Shown in pieces: positions 46,116-56,281 of a stretch of DNA of 64,000 nt. Every line of letters begins with the position of its first letter. The first letter of the stretch is position 1. The stretch comes from Bacteroidales bacterium (GTDB lineage Bacteria; Bacteroidota; Bacteroidia; Bacteroidales; UBA1402): assembly GCA_017380635.1 (NCBI GenBank), contig JAFODP010000008.1, forward strand, positions 49,199 to 113,198. Reading direction: 5' to 3'. The notes beneath the pieces were generated by a model, which saw nothing but the letters and a program-made list of their open reading frames with translations, was not told where the DNA came from and made no database searches. The translations under genes were made by a program, and so were the position numbers.

Positions 46116-47085
46116 GAAAATTTTTCTCTATACCCTACTTTGTTTATTGATTTTCAGCGCTTGCCAAAGCAACAAAAAAAGCAAGCCGAGCGTTTCGGCC
46201 AAGCCACTTCCCAAGATTGAATTCTCTGCCGACAGCGCTTATCGCTACATTGCCGAACAAGTAGCTTTCGGACCAAGAACGCCGGGCAGCAAAGCACATC
46301 GGGATTGCGGCGATTATTTGTACGCCAAAATGCAAAGTTTCGGTGCGCAAGTGCAGGAACAAAAGGCCGACATCACCACTTGGGATGGAAAAACTTTCCC
46401 CATGCGCAATATCATCGCCAGTTATCAGCCTGAGAAACAAGAGCGTGTACTGCTTTTTGCTCATTGGGATTGTCGCCCGTGGAGCGATATGGAAAGCGAT
46501 GCCAAAGAGCGAATGAAGGCCGTGCTCGGCGCCAACGACGGCGCCAGCGGCGTGGGTGTCTTAATGGAAATTGCCCGACAATTGGGAAAACAGCAAACTC
46601 TGCCCATCGGTGTAGATATCATCTTTTTCGATTTGGAAGATTACGGCGTGCCCGATTGGGAACGTGACGTGAAGAATTCATGGTGTCTGGGCTCGCAATA
46701 TTGGGCCAAGCATCCGCACAAAAACGCTTACAACGCCCGTTATGGCATCCTGCTGGATATGGTTGGCACCAAGAATGCTTGTTTCATGTGGGAATTATTC
46801 TCGAAACATTATGCTTCCCAGGCGCTATATAAAGTTTGGAACCAGGCACAAGCCTTGGGCTACGGACAATATTTCATCCAGGGAGACGGCGGCGTGCTTA
46901 CCGACGATCATTTGTATATCAACACTTTAGCGGGAATCCCAAGCATCGACATCATCGATTATGACGAAAGCCGAGGCGGTTTCTTCGAAGGATGGCACAC
47001 GCAACACGACGATATGCGCCACATCGACAAAGCCACGCTGCAAGCGGTGGGTCATACGGTTTTAAGTGTACTTTACTCGGAATAA
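46108..47085 (+). CDS. M28-fold zinc protein, probable glutaminyl-peptide cyclotransferase (type II QC) lipoprotein
   Basis: Lipobox [52 protein letters not shown] and [10 protein letters not shown]. The size (325 aa) and lipidation match what I recall of Bacteroidota QCs. Overlaps the previous gene by 8 nt. Confidence 0.6.
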   Translation: MNKKIFLYTLLCLLIFSACQSNKKSKPSVSAKPLPKIEFSADSAYRYIAEQVAFGPRTPGSKAHRDCGDYLYAKMQSFGAQVQEQKADITTWDGKTFPMRNIIASYQPEKQERVLLFAHWDCRPWSDMESDAKERMKAVLGANDGASGVGVLMEIARQLGKQQTLPIGVDIIFFDLEDYGVPDWERDVKNSWCLGSQYWAKHPHKNAYNARYGILLDMVGTKNACFMWELFSKHYASQALYKVWNQAQALGYGQYFIQGDGGVLTDDHLYINTLAGIPSIDIIDYDESRGGFFEGWHTQHDDMRHIDKATLQAVGHTVLSVLYSE

Positions 47086-47086
47086 T

Positions 47087-47770
47087 ATGCTGGAAGCTTA
47101 TTTACAACAAGGTAGAATCGAAGCCGGTTGCGACGAAGCCGGAAGAGGATGTTTGGCCGGATCGGTGTTTGCAGCGGCCGTCATCTTGCCCGAAGATTTC
47201 CACAACGATTTGCTCAACGACTCCAAGCAACTAACAGAAAAACAACGCTATAGCCTGCGACCCATCATCGAGCGGGAAGCTTTGGCCTGGGCGGTGGGAG
47301 AAGTGACCGCGCAAGAAATCGACAAACTGAATATTCTGAATGCTTCGCTTTTGGCCATGCACCGCGCCGTGGCGCAACTGAAACTGCGGCCCGAGCACCT
47401 GCTCATCGATGGCAACCGTTTCCGTCAGCCGGCACAACTGCAACTGCATCGTCTCAGCGAAGATGGCAAATCGAAAGCGACAGCCTTGCAAAGCGGATTA
47501 CCCGACGATTATCCCGAAATTCCTGCTACCACCATCGTCAAAGGCGACGGAAAATTTCTATCCATTGCTGCTGCCTCGGTTTTAGCCAAGACTTACCGCG
47601 ACGACGCCATGCTGGCGCTGCATGAGCAATTTCCTCCATATCAATGGAATGAAAACAAAGGCTATCCCACTCCGGCCCATCGTCGGGCGATAGCAGAAAC
47701 CGGCAGCAGTCCGTATCATCGTTTGAGTTTCAGACTCTTGGACGAAGATGATCAACTATCTCTATTTTAA
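47087..47770 (+). CDS. rnhB: Ribonuclease HII
   Basis: [54 protein letters not shown] and GYPT..H. Start taken at ATG 47087 (MLEAYLQQG). Confidence 0.9.
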   Translation: MLEAYLQQGRIEAGCDEAGRGCLAGSVFAAAVILPEDFHNDLLNDSKQLTEKQRYSLRPIIEREALAWAVGEVTAQEIDKLNILNASLLAMHRAVAQLKLRPEHLLIDGNRFRQPAQLQLHRLSEDGKSKATALQSGLPDDYPEIPATTIVKGDGKFLSIAAASVLAKTYRDDAMLALHEQFPPYQWNENKGYPTPAHRRAIAETGSSPYHRLSFRLLDEDDQLSLF

Positions 47771-48599
47771 GATCTTCGGCATCGGCCTTGATTTGCAGGT
47801 AGCCATGAGGCTCGGCGCCCATTTTCAAAGGATTGGTCTGCACATAGCGCACACCCTTGAAATACAAATATTCGGCACGATGATCGTGGGCTTGCAGACA
47901 GGCATCCACATGGTAGGTTTGAAATAAATCTGTGAGGCGAAGCACTTCATTTACAGGCGGATTGCTTCCGAACAAATTAGAGTTGTCGGTATCGAAAAAA
48001 TTGGCATGCGTAGCCACGATGCAATAACGATATTGGGGACGAATTTCTTTCAGCACATGTAACAACCACTCGTTCTGATATTTACCCAAAGTGGACGTAG
48101 TCGATTCCAAGCAAATGATCAAATCTTGCGCCTCAGGCGTACGAAGACTGACCGTATAAATGGAACTTCCGAAATATTTCAGGTACAAAGGCCAACCATT
48201 ATAATAAAGTTCGTGGTTGCCGGCAATGGTAAAAACCGTATCGCCGCCTTGACGATAATGTTCTTGAAGACGTTCATAGACAAGAGGATAAGCTTCGTTC
48301 ACCGAAACAATATCACCTAAAAACAAATTGCAGACAGTGAGAGAATCTTGTCGCGTCAGAAACAAAAACGAATCCAAACGAGCCGTTTCATCCACCACAT
48401 GAATATCGCCCGCCACATTGATATGATAGCCATCGTGCGGAAGTTCCAACACCAAATCGCCAAGCCGTTCATTGTAAGCCATCGACTGATGGAAACGTTC
48501 TTCTGCATCGTACTGACAAGGAATAATCAATCCCAGAAGATCCAATTCTTGACAGGATGTCAAAAGCAGGAAAGAGACAAGAAAGATTAAATTTCGCAT
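47730..48599 (-). CDS. Metallophosphoesterase lipoprotein
   Basis: Lipobox LLLTSC/QE. Motifs VAGDIHV, LGDIVS, AGNHE, ATHANF and QAHDH. Confidence 0.75.
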   Translation of the reverse strand: MRNLIFLVSFLLLTSCQELDLLGLIIPCQYDAEERFHQSMAYNERLGDLVLELPHDGYHINVAGDIHVVDETARLDSFLFLTRQDSLTVCNLFLGDIVSVNEAYPLVYERLQEHYRQGGDTVFTIAGNHELYYNGWPLYLKYFGSSIYTVSLRTPEAQDLIICLESTTSTLGKYQNEWLLHVLKEIRPQYRYCIVATHANFFDTDNSNLFGSNPPVNEVLRLTDLFQTYHVDACLQAHDHRAEYLYFKGVRYVQTNPLKMGAEPHGYLQIKADAEDLKIEIVDHLRPRV

Positions 48600-49324
48600 A
48601 CTACCCCCATTCTAATATAGCATTCATACACCGACGAGGCCAGATTGAAAACGCCCGATGGCATGTACATCAATTTGGAAATCAAACGACTACGTTCCGA
48701 AAATTTCCATTCACCATAAAGCGAAACATTAGGCGTATAGATTCTCTCCCACAAAAAATCGTCGTAATCGGACAAAGCAAAACCCAGGTTCCATGCGGGG
48801 GATGTTCGCGGATCGCGACACTGGAATGCCAATTTGTACACCAACCCGAAAGGCTCGTTCAGATATCGTGCCGATGCATCATGTCCCGTCCAATGAATAT
48901 CCTGCAAAATGCGATGCATGCAACCGATTTCGCCATACCACCTGGCCCGACGATACGACAGACTCAAGGCCGCATTGTACTCGTATATGCCCCACACCGA
49001 CAAATCGCGGAAAAGAAATTTCTGATGCAAAGCCAGACTGTTGAAATGACGGGTTGAAGATTCGTTCAATGGAAAATACGCAAGTCCCTGAACAGCAATG
49101 GCATGAGTGGCATCATAAGAGCCGGCCTGATTGTCTTCCCATTGAAATGAGAAAGCGGCACTCAGATCGTAATTGACAGCCAAGGGATAATTGTAAAGCG
49201 CTGAATACGAAGCATAAAAACCTTGTTTAGTTCCCATATCGAGCCAGGTTTTCACATATTCCTGCGCCCGCAAAGGAAAGACAAACAAGCAGAAGGCAAA
49301 GATCCACAACGAAAATTTCTTCAT
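48587..49324 (-). CDS. Secreted hypothetical protein, probable outer-membrane beta-barrel
   Basis: Signal peptide ...FVFPLRA/QE. Aromatic-rich alternating pattern. The 3' end overlaps the next gene's start by 13 nt. Confidence 0.45.
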   Translation of the reverse strand: MKKFSLWIFAFCLFVFPLRAQEYVKTWLDMGTKQGFYASYSALYNYPLAVNYDLSAAFSFQWEDNQAGSYDATHAIAVQGLAYFPLNESSTRHFNSLALHQKFLFRDLSVWGIYEYNAALSLSYRRARWYGEIGCMHRILQDIHWTGHDASARYLNEPFGLVYKLAFQCRDPRTSPAWNLGFALSDYDDFLWERIYTPNVSLYGEWKFSERSRLISKLMYMPSGVFNLASSVYECYIRMGVVCEI

Positions 49325-49341
49325 AGAGTAACTATCCGATT

Positions 49342-51183
49342 TTAAGACAATTGCAAATCGTACAAGCGTTTAAAGGCGCCCTCTTGCTGCATCAACTGTT
49401 CGTGCGTACCGCGTTCCACAATTTCGCCATCGCGCAACACGCAGATAAGGTCGGCATTGCGAATGGTAGACAAACGATGCGCAATAACAATGGTGGTGCG
49501 GTTTTTCATCAGATTTTCCAAAGCTTCTTGCACCAGACGTTCCGATTCGGTATCGAGGGCCGAAGTAGCTTCGTCCAGAATGAGGATAGGCGGATTTTTC
49601 AGAATGGCACGTGCAATGCTGATACGCTGACGCTGACCTCCGGAAAGTTTGCCGCCACGATCGCCGATATAAGTGTCGTAGCCATGTTCGCTGGCCATGA
49701 TAAAGTCGTGAGCATTAGCAATTTTGGCCGCTTCTATCACTTGTTCCATCGTAGCATTTTCCACACCGAAAGCGATATTATTGAAGAAGGTATCGTTGAA
49801 CAAAATGGCTTCCTGGTTCACATTGCCCATGAGCGCGCGCACATCCTTCACGCGATAATTGCGAATATCCTCGCCGTCGATGCTAATACCACCATTTTCA
49901 ACATCGTAGAAGCGCGGCAACAAATCGACAAGGGTAGATTTTCCAGAGCCCGATTGTCCTACCAAAGCCACCGTTTTTCCCTTGGGAATCACCAAGTTGA
50001 TATCTTTCAAAACCAAATCGTTCTGATAACGGAAATCCACATGCTTGTACTCGATTTGCGAAGCGAATTGCGTCAAGGTTTTGGGCTGCGCAGGATCTTG
50101 AATCTTGTTTTCAGCCTGCAAAATCTTATCGATACGTTCCATCGAAGCCAAGCCTTTTTCTATGCTGTACCAAGCTTGCGAAAAGGATTTGGCGGGATTG
50201 ATAATACTATAGAAAATAATCAGATAATAGATGAACACTTGCGCCGACAGACCGGTATTATTGCCCAAAATGAGCGTTCCACCAAACCACAACACGATGG
50301 CAATGATAAAGGTGCCCAAAAACTCACTCATCGGATGCGCCAACTGCTGACGACGGAAAATGCGAGCCGTGATACGACGCAATTGATTGTTCTGTCTTTC
50401 AAAATTATCGAAGATACGCTTTTCGGCGTTGAAAGCCTTAACGATACGAAGTCCGGACAAAGTTTCTTCGATTTGCGAAAGAATTTCGCCCCACTTGTTT
50501 TGTCCATCGCGCGAAGGTTTTTTGAGTTGCTTGCTGACGCGTCCCAGGAAAAAGCCGGCAATAGGCAGCAAAACCAGCACGAATAGGGTTAACTCCCAAC
50601 TCAGGAACACCATCGTCGCAAAATATATCACCAACATTATCAGGTTCTTGAACAACATATCCAAAGAACTCATGATGGAAGCTTCCACTTCGGTTACGTC
50701 GCCCGACATACGCGCAATGATGTCGCCTTTGCGTTCTTCCGAGAAAAAGCCCAAGGGAAGAGTTAAAATCTTGGCATAGATAGTGTTACGCAAATCTCTA
50801 AGCACCGAGGTGCGAATAGCAATCATATTGACCGAAGCCAGGTACATAAAACCCGTTTTCAGCAAAGTCATCACCACCAAGAAAGATCCGAGAATAAGCA
50901 AAGTGAAGCCTCCGCCCTTGGTTTCCACAATATTCAGCAAAAAGCAATAGAAATTATCTTTGAGCGCAGTGCCCAAATCGGCCAAGGGCAAAGACCAGAT
51001 ATTTTCGTGATAGGTATAGCTCGCGCCCTCGTTCAGCTGGAAAAGGATCTCCAGAACGGGAATAATCAGCGCAAAAGAAAACAGACTGAAAATGGTAGAT
51101 AAAAGGTTGTTCAACACGTTGAAAAACACGTATTTCTTATATGGTGGCACCAATCGCCACAACAAGCGGAAAAATTCTTTCAT
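49342..51183 (-). CDS. ABC transporter permease/ATP-binding protein (MsbA-like exporter)
   Basis: N-terminal six-TM domain. Walker A GQSGSGKST, signature LSGGQRQR, Walker B ILILDEATSALD. Start at ATG 51183 (MKEFFRLLW). Confidence 0.88.
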   Translation of the reverse strand: MKEFFRLLWRLVPPYKKYVFFNVLNNLLSTIFSLFSFALIIPVLEILFQLNEGASYTYHENIWSLPLADLGTALKDNFYCFLLNIVETKGGGFTLLILGSFLVVMTLLKTGFMYLASVNMIAIRTSVLRDLRNTIYAKILTLPLGFFSEERKGDIIARMSGDVTEVEASIMSSLDMLFKNLIMLVIYFATMVFLSWELTLFVLVLLPIAGFFLGRVSKQLKKPSRDGQNKWGEILSQIEETLSGLRIVKAFNAEKRIFDNFERQNNQLRRITARIFRRQQLAHPMSEFLGTFIIAIVLWFGGTLILGNNTGLSAQVFIYYLIIFYSIINPAKSFSQAWYSIEKGLASMERIDKILQAENKIQDPAQPKTLTQFASQIEYKHVDFRYQNDLVLKDINLVIPKGKTVALVGQSGSGKSTLVDLLPRFYDVENGGISIDGEDIRNYRVKDVRALMGNVNQEAILFNDTFFNNIAFGVENATMEQVIEAAKIANAHDFIMASEHGYDTYIGDRGGKLSGGQRQRISIARAILKNPPILILDEATSALDTESERLVQEALENLMKNRTTIVIAHRLSTIRNADLICVLRDGEIVERGTHEQLMQQEGAFKRLYDLQLS

Positions 51184-51235
51184 CGGATAGGTGATTTGTC
51201 GCGCGAAGATAACACGAAGCCTCAGCAAAAACAAA

Positions 51236-51275
51236 TTAAAACAAAAAAGAACGCAGCTCCTAAAAACTGCGTTCT
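51236..51275 (-). terminator. Rho-independent terminator after the FKBP gene
   Basis: 9-bp stem AGAACGCAG/CTGCGTTCT (51248-51256 and 51267-51275), followed on the minus strand by TTTTTTGTTTT. Confidence 0.75.
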
Positions 51276-51301
51276 TCGTATGCTTGAAGCAAATTTTTGT
51301 C

Positions 51302-52051
51302 TTATTTCAAGATTTCGAGCAATTCAACTTCGAAAATCAAAGTAGTACCAGGAGCAATCATCTGACCGGCACCCTGATCGCCGTAAGCCAAATCTGAAGG
51401 AATCACGAAGCGAACCTTTGAACCAACATTCATCAGCTGCAAACCTTCTTGCCAACCGGCAATAACCTGAGTAACACCGAATTCTGCGGGAGTACCACGT
51501 TCGATAGAGCTATCGAAAACAGTGCCATCCAACAAAGTACCATGATAATGAACCTTTACGCGGTCGCTGGCAACGGGCTTAGCACCTTCGGCAGGAGTCA
51601 AAATTTCATATTGCAAACCTGAAGCGGTGGTAACAACGCCATCTTTCTTGGCATTTTCAGCCATATATTCGGCACCCATCTTCTTGTTGTTCTGAGCTTC
51701 TTTTTCCATCACGGCCATCATGCATTGTTGGAATACCTGATAAGCTTCTTCGGGCTTGATGCGCAATTTGCCATCTTGTCCTTTCAAAGTGAGTTCGAAA
51801 GCCTTGAGGAACATATCCAAGTTCAGATCCACGGGCATTTGTTCGAAATTCTGACGGAGATTGTCACCCAAACCTACACCATAAGCATAGCTCAATGAAT
51901 CTTCGAGAGAACCGATAGATTTAGCTTTTACAACTTTCTGAGTTTCAACTGCGCCTTCTGCATCAGTAGTGGCCTTATTGCCACAAGAAGTCAGTGCGAT
52001 GGTAGAGATAGCCAAAACCATAGCTACTGCTTTAAAGAGATTCTTTTTCAT
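51302..52051 (-). CDS. FKBP-type peptidyl-prolyl cis-trans isomerase lipoprotein (FkpA/Mip-like)
   Basis: Lipobox IALTSC/GN. C-terminal FKBP domain [18 protein letters not shown]...[27 protein letters not shown]. Confidence 0.9.
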   Translation of the reverse strand: MKKNLFKAVAMVLAISTIALTSCGNKATTDAEGAVETQKVVKAKSIGSLEDSLSYAYGVGLGDNLRQNFEQMPVDLNLDMFLKAFELTLKGQDGKLRIKPEEAYQVFQQCMMAVMEKEAQNNKKMGAEYMAENAKKDGVVTTASGLQYEILTPAEGAKPVASDRVKVHYHGTLLDGTVFDSSIERGTPAEFGVTQVIAGWQEGLQLMNVGSKVRFVIPSDLAYGDQGAGQMIAPGTTLIFEVELLEILK

Positions 52052-52163
52052 GTGTTTTGTTATTTTAAATTGTCGTTAATGTGTCGCAAAAAACTCCGCA
52101 AAGATAACATAAAGAATGGAAAATAATACTACTTTAGTGGCATCGTTAACAAATATTTGAATC

Positions 52164-53846
52164 ATGTCTAAGAGCGTCAAAATCAATTGCAGCAACATCG
52201 GCCAAAGCCGTTTGTTCCCCATCGGAGTTTCTTTGATGGAAATGAGTGAAATCTTGCAGGAAGAAAAGGGCCTCGACTTCGAGCCCATCGCTGCACTTGT
52301 CAATCATAAATCGGAAAATCTGAACACAGAGCTCTATCATCCCGCTTTGGTGGAATTCATCGATATTCGCCACGCGGAAGGCATGCGCGTGTACACACGA
52401 ACGCTCAGTTTTCTGATTGCCGCCGCCGTGAACGAACTCTATCCCGGAAGCCGATTCTGCATAGAACATTCCGTATCGAATGGATTCTTCTGTCATTTAT
52501 ATCTTGGAAAAACATTGGAAAACAACGATTTGGAAGCAATCAAACAACGCGTGAGAACTTTGGCGGAAGCCGATATTCCCATACTGAAAATTGAAGACGA
52601 AACGGCCGACGTGCTGGAAATTTTCCGCAGCAAAGGACGTCAGGATCTGGTGAAATTGCTGAGTCATTATGGACATTTGTACACGCATTACATCAAAATG
52701 GGCGAACATCTCGACCATTATTCCGGACCTTTGGCCGCCTCTACCAAATATATCCGCACTTTCGATTTGAGTTTGTATCCCGATGCCGAAAACGGCTGCC
52801 TGCTGCGACTTCCCAATCCGGAAAAGCCTGAGGAATTGAAGCCTTACGTGGAGCAACCCAAGATGTTTGGCATTTTCAAGGAGTTTGTACATTGGAACGA
52901 AGTCTTGGGACAAAGCACCATCGGCGACATCAACGAAAGTTGCGCCAAAGGCGAAGCCGAAGCGCTGATAAAAGTGTCGGAAGCCTTGCAGGAAAAGCGT
53001 GTTTCGCAAATCGTGGACAACATGCTCTCGCAGCCGCAGCGCAAACGCATCATTTTGGTTTCGGGACCTTCGTCTTCGGGAAAAACCACTTTCAGCAAAC
53101 GTCTTTCGGTACAACTGGCCGTGATGGGTATCAAGCCTTTGGCTATTTCTTTGGACGATTATTTCCTGGAACGTCATCAGACGCCCCGCGACGAAAAAGG
53201 CGACTACGACTACGAATCGCTCTACGCGCTCGACCTAGAGCTGTTCAACCAACAACTGAACGATTTGCTGCAAGGCAAAGAAGTGATAGTGCCGCGATAC
53301 AATTTCGCTTCGGGACAAAAAGAATTTCTCGAAGAAAGAAAGATTCATCTGGAAGACAATCAGGTACTTATCTTGGAAGGTATTCATGCCTTGAACCCGG
53401 AACTTCTGCCTTCTGTACCGCAAGAAGTGCTGTATAAAATCTACGTTTCTGCCCTCACGTCCATTTCGCTGGACGATCACAACCGCATTGCCACCACCGA
53501 CAACCGACTCATTCGTCGCATGATACGCGATGCACAATATAGAGGCACGCCGGCGCGCTCAACTATCGCACGCTGGAAAAGTGTCCGCGCCGGCGAAGAC
53601 AAATGGATCTTCCCCTATCAGGAAAATGCCGACGTGTTCTTCAACTCGGCCATGGCCTTCGAACTTTTGGTGTTGAAACGTTATGCCGAACCCTCTTTGC
53701 GTACCGTGCCGCAGAATTGCCCCGAATATGCCGAAGCCGAACGTTTGCTGCGCTTTTTGGATTATATCGCCACCATTCCCGACAACGATATTCCTCCCAC
53801 TTCGCTCTTGCGCGAATTTGTGGGCGGCAGCTCGTTTAATTATTAG
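52164..53846 (+). CDS. Uridine/nucleoside kinase family protein with N-terminal TGS/ThrRS-like domains
   Basis: P-loop ILVSGPSSSGKTTFSKRL in the C-terminal half. The N-terminal ~270 aa resemble ThrRS-type TGS/second-additional domains. Confidence 0.65.
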   Translation: MSKSVKINCSNIGQSRLFPIGVSLMEMSEILQEEKGLDFEPIAALVNHKSENLNTELYHPALVEFIDIRHAEGMRVYTRTLSFLIAAAVNELYPGSRFCIEHSVSNGFFCHLYLGKTLENNDLEAIKQRVRTLAEADIPILKIEDETADVLEIFRSKGRQDLVKLLSHYGHLYTHYIKMGEHLDHYSGPLAASTKYIRTFDLSLYPDAENGCLLRLPNPEKPEELKPYVEQPKMFGIFKEFVHWNEVLGQSTIGDINESCAKGEAEALIKVSEALQEKRVSQIVDNMLSQPQRKRIILVSGPSSSGKTTFSKRLSVQLAVMGIKPLAISLDDYFLERHQTPRDEKGDYDYESLYALDLELFNQQLNDLLQGKEVIVPRYNFASGQKEFLEERKIHLEDNQVLILEGIHALNPELLPSVPQEVLYKIYVSALTSISLDDHNRIATTDNRLIRRMIRDAQYRGTPARSTIARWKSVRAGEDKWIFPYQENADVFFNSAMAFELLVLKRYAEPSLRTVPQNCPEYAEAERLLRFLDYIATIPDNDIPPTSLLREFVGGSSFNY

Positions 53847-53891
53847 AATCTGATGGAAGTTTTGTAACTTTGCGACTCTAAATTTATCACC

Positions 53892-55373
53892 ATGGCGTTG
53901 AAACAACAACAAGTATTGAAACAGCAGCAAGGGCTCACCCAAATGCAGATCCAACAGATTAAACTGCTGGAGATTCCTGCTTTGGAAATGGAAGAACGCA
54001 TCTTGCGCGAAATTGACAATAACCCCGCCTTGGAATTGGGCGAAGAACTGCCTGATCCGCAGGTCAATACCGAAGAAGATTTCGATTTGGGAAACGAATA
54101 TCCCGACGAAAACAATCAGAGCGAAAGCCAAAACGAGCTCAGCGATTACGACGACGATTACGACGATCGCGCTGCCGATTATGCCGAAACCCAAGCGTAC
54201 GATCCTAATGCCGAAAGCGACCGTAAGACTTTCTTGGGTGTTCAGACCGATAGTTTGCAAGACTTTCTGCGTCGTCAGTTGTCGGATTTGGATTTGGAAG
54301 AAACGGAAAACTGGATAGGTGAATACATCATCGGTTGTCTCGACGACGATGGCTATCTGCGCATTCAATTGGACACCATCGCCGACCAGCTCTCGTTTCA
54401 TCGTTCGCTCGATGTGGAAGAAAGCCAAATGGAAGAAGTCTTGACCATGATACAGGATTTTGAGCCGGCCGGCATCGCAGCACGCAATTTGCAAGAATGC
54501 CTGTTGTTGCAGTTGCAGCGCAAGAATCCTACCAAAGAAGTGCAGAACGCCATCCGTCTGCTGGAAGATTATTTCGAGGATTTTTCTTCGATGAAGTTGC
54601 AGAAAATCAGTCAGCAATGGGGCATCAGCGAAGCCGATTTGGACGCTGCCAAAAAAGTGATCAGTCGTTTGAATCCCAAGCCCGGCAACGATTGGGAAAG
54701 CTCGCTGATGAACGAAACCGGACGCGCCATCACACCCGACTTTCTGGTTGACAACATCGATGGAAAACTGGTGCTAAGCCTGAACGACACCAACTTGCCC
54801 GACTTGCACGTGAGCGCCTATTATAAAGAGCTGATACGCAGTAGCAAACAATCGAAGAACATCAGCCGCGAGCAGAAAGAAGCCGTGGTATTTGCCAAAC
54901 AGAAAGTGGAAGCTGCCAACTGGTTTATCAACGCCATCAGACAACGTCAACAAACACTGATGAACAGCATGCAAGCCATTCTCGACCGTCAGGAAGCCTT
55001 TTTCCTGAGTGGCGAAGAGCGCAAATTGCGTCCCATGCGATTGAAAGATGTGGCTGCCGACACCGGTTTGGATATTTCCACCATTTCGCGCGTGAGCAAT
55101 AGTAAATATGTGCAGAGCGAATTCGGCATTTTTCCCTTGAAGTTCTTTTTCTCCGAATCGATGCAAACCACCGAAGGCGAAGAAGTTTCGGTGCGCGAAA
55201 TAAAGAGCATCATCAAAGAACTCATTGAGCAAGAAGACAAAAACAACACGCTCACCGACGATGCTTTGGTAAAACTTTTGCAGGAAAAGGGCTACAAAAT
55301 TGCCCGTCGTACGGTGGCCAAATACCGCGAACAATTGCACATTCCCACTTCCCGTCAACGATCTAACGCTTAA
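53892..55373 (+). CDS. rpoN: RNA polymerase sigma-54 factor
   Basis: Gln-rich region I (LKQQQVLKQQQGLTQMQIQQIKLLE), an acidic linker, an HTH and the RpoN box ARRTVAKYRE. A TAACTTTG box lies at 53865-53872. Confidence 0.93.
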   Translation: MALKQQQVLKQQQGLTQMQIQQIKLLEIPALEMEERILREIDNNPALELGEELPDPQVNTEEDFDLGNEYPDENNQSESQNELSDYDDDYDDRAADYAETQAYDPNAESDRKTFLGVQTDSLQDFLRRQLSDLDLEETENWIGEYIIGCLDDDGYLRIQLDTIADQLSFHRSLDVEESQMEEVLTMIQDFEPAGIAARNLQECLLLQLQRKNPTKEVQNAIRLLEDYFEDFSSMKLQKISQQWGISEADLDAAKKVISRLNPKPGNDWESSLMNETGRAITPDFLVDNIDGKLVLSLNDTNLPDLHVSAYYKELIRSSKQSKNISREQKEAVVFAKQKVEAANWFINAIRQRQQTLMNSMQAILDRQEAFFLSGEERKLRPMRLKDVAADTGLDISTISRVSNSKYVQSEFGIFPLKFFFSESMQTTEGEEVSVREIKSIIKELIEQEDKNNTLTDDALVKLLQEKGYKIARRTVAKYREQLHIPTSRQRSNA

Positions 55374-55379
55374 AACAAA

Positions 55380-55760
55380 ATGAATATTCCCAACGATTTA
55401 CTTTATAGCCGCGACCACGAATGGTTGCGCATCGAAGGCGAAACTGCCACGCTCGGCATCACGGAATTTGCCCAAGACGAACTGGGCGAAATTGTTTTTG
55501 TCGAAGTGAACGAAATGAACAGGCCTTTGCAGAAAGACGATATTTTCGGCTCGGTTGAAGCCGTCAAAGCGGTTTCCGATTTATTTATGCCTTGCGCCGG
55601 CGAAATCATCGCCATCAACAACGACCTGGAAGAACATCCGGAATGGGTGAACGAAGATCCTTACGGCAAAGGTTGGATGATACAGATTCGTCTGATGGAT
55701 GCCGCCACCGCCGCAGATGCTTTGATGGACGCCGCTGCTTATCAAGATTTAATACAGTAA
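55380..55760 (+). CDS. gcvH: Glycine cleavage system protein H
   Basis: 126 aa. YSRDHEWL and the lipoyl-lysine block GSVEAVKAVSDLFMP. Confidence 0.93.
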   Translation: MNIPNDLLYSRDHEWLRIEGETATLGITEFAQDELGEIVFVEVNEMNRPLQKDDIFGSVEAVKAVSDLFMPCAGEIIAINNDLEEHPEWVNEDPYGKGWMIQIRLMDAATAADALMDAAAYQDLIQ

Positions 55761-55773
55761 AATTCAAATAATT

Positions 55774-56277
55774 ATGAAAGCTATTGTCAGCATTATCATG
55801 GGTAGCACTTCCGATCTGCCCATCATGGAAAAAGCAGCCAAGCTGCTCGACGAATTCAAGATTCCTTTTGAAATGCATGCTTTGTCGGCTCATCGTACGC
55901 CCAGCGAGGTGGAAACTTTTGCCAAAGAAGCTGCCGATCGTGGTATCAAGGTGATTATTGCAGGCGCCGGTATGGCTGCTGCTTTGCCCGGTGTGATTGC
56001 CGCCAACACCACACTTCCCGTTATCGGTGTGCCCATTGCCGCCACGCTGAGCGGTATGGATGCTCTTTTGGCCATCGTACAAATGCCTCCCGGTATTCCC
56101 GTAGCCACGGTTTCCATCAATGGTACCATGAACGCTGCCATCCTGGCCGTTGAAATGTTGGCCTTGGCCGACGCTGACTTGGCTGCCCGTTTCGCCATCT
56201 ACAAAGAAGGTCTGAAAAAGAAAATCGTCAAAGCCGACGAAGAATTACAAGCTGTTCATTACGAATACAAAGTGTGA
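55774..56277 (+). CDS. purE: 5-(carboxyamino)imidazole ribonucleotide mutase
   Basis: IIMGSTSDLPIM, SAHRTP, IIAGAGMAAALPGV and PVIGVP. Confidence 0.93.
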   Translation: MKAIVSIIMGSTSDLPIMEKAAKLLDEFKIPFEMHALSAHRTPSEVETFAKEAADRGIKVIIAGAGMAAALPGVIAANTTLPVIGVPIAATLSGMDALLAIVQMPPGIPVATVSINGTMNAAILAVEMLALADADLAARFAIYKEGLKKKIVKADEELQAVHYEYKV

Positions 56278-56281
56278 CATT

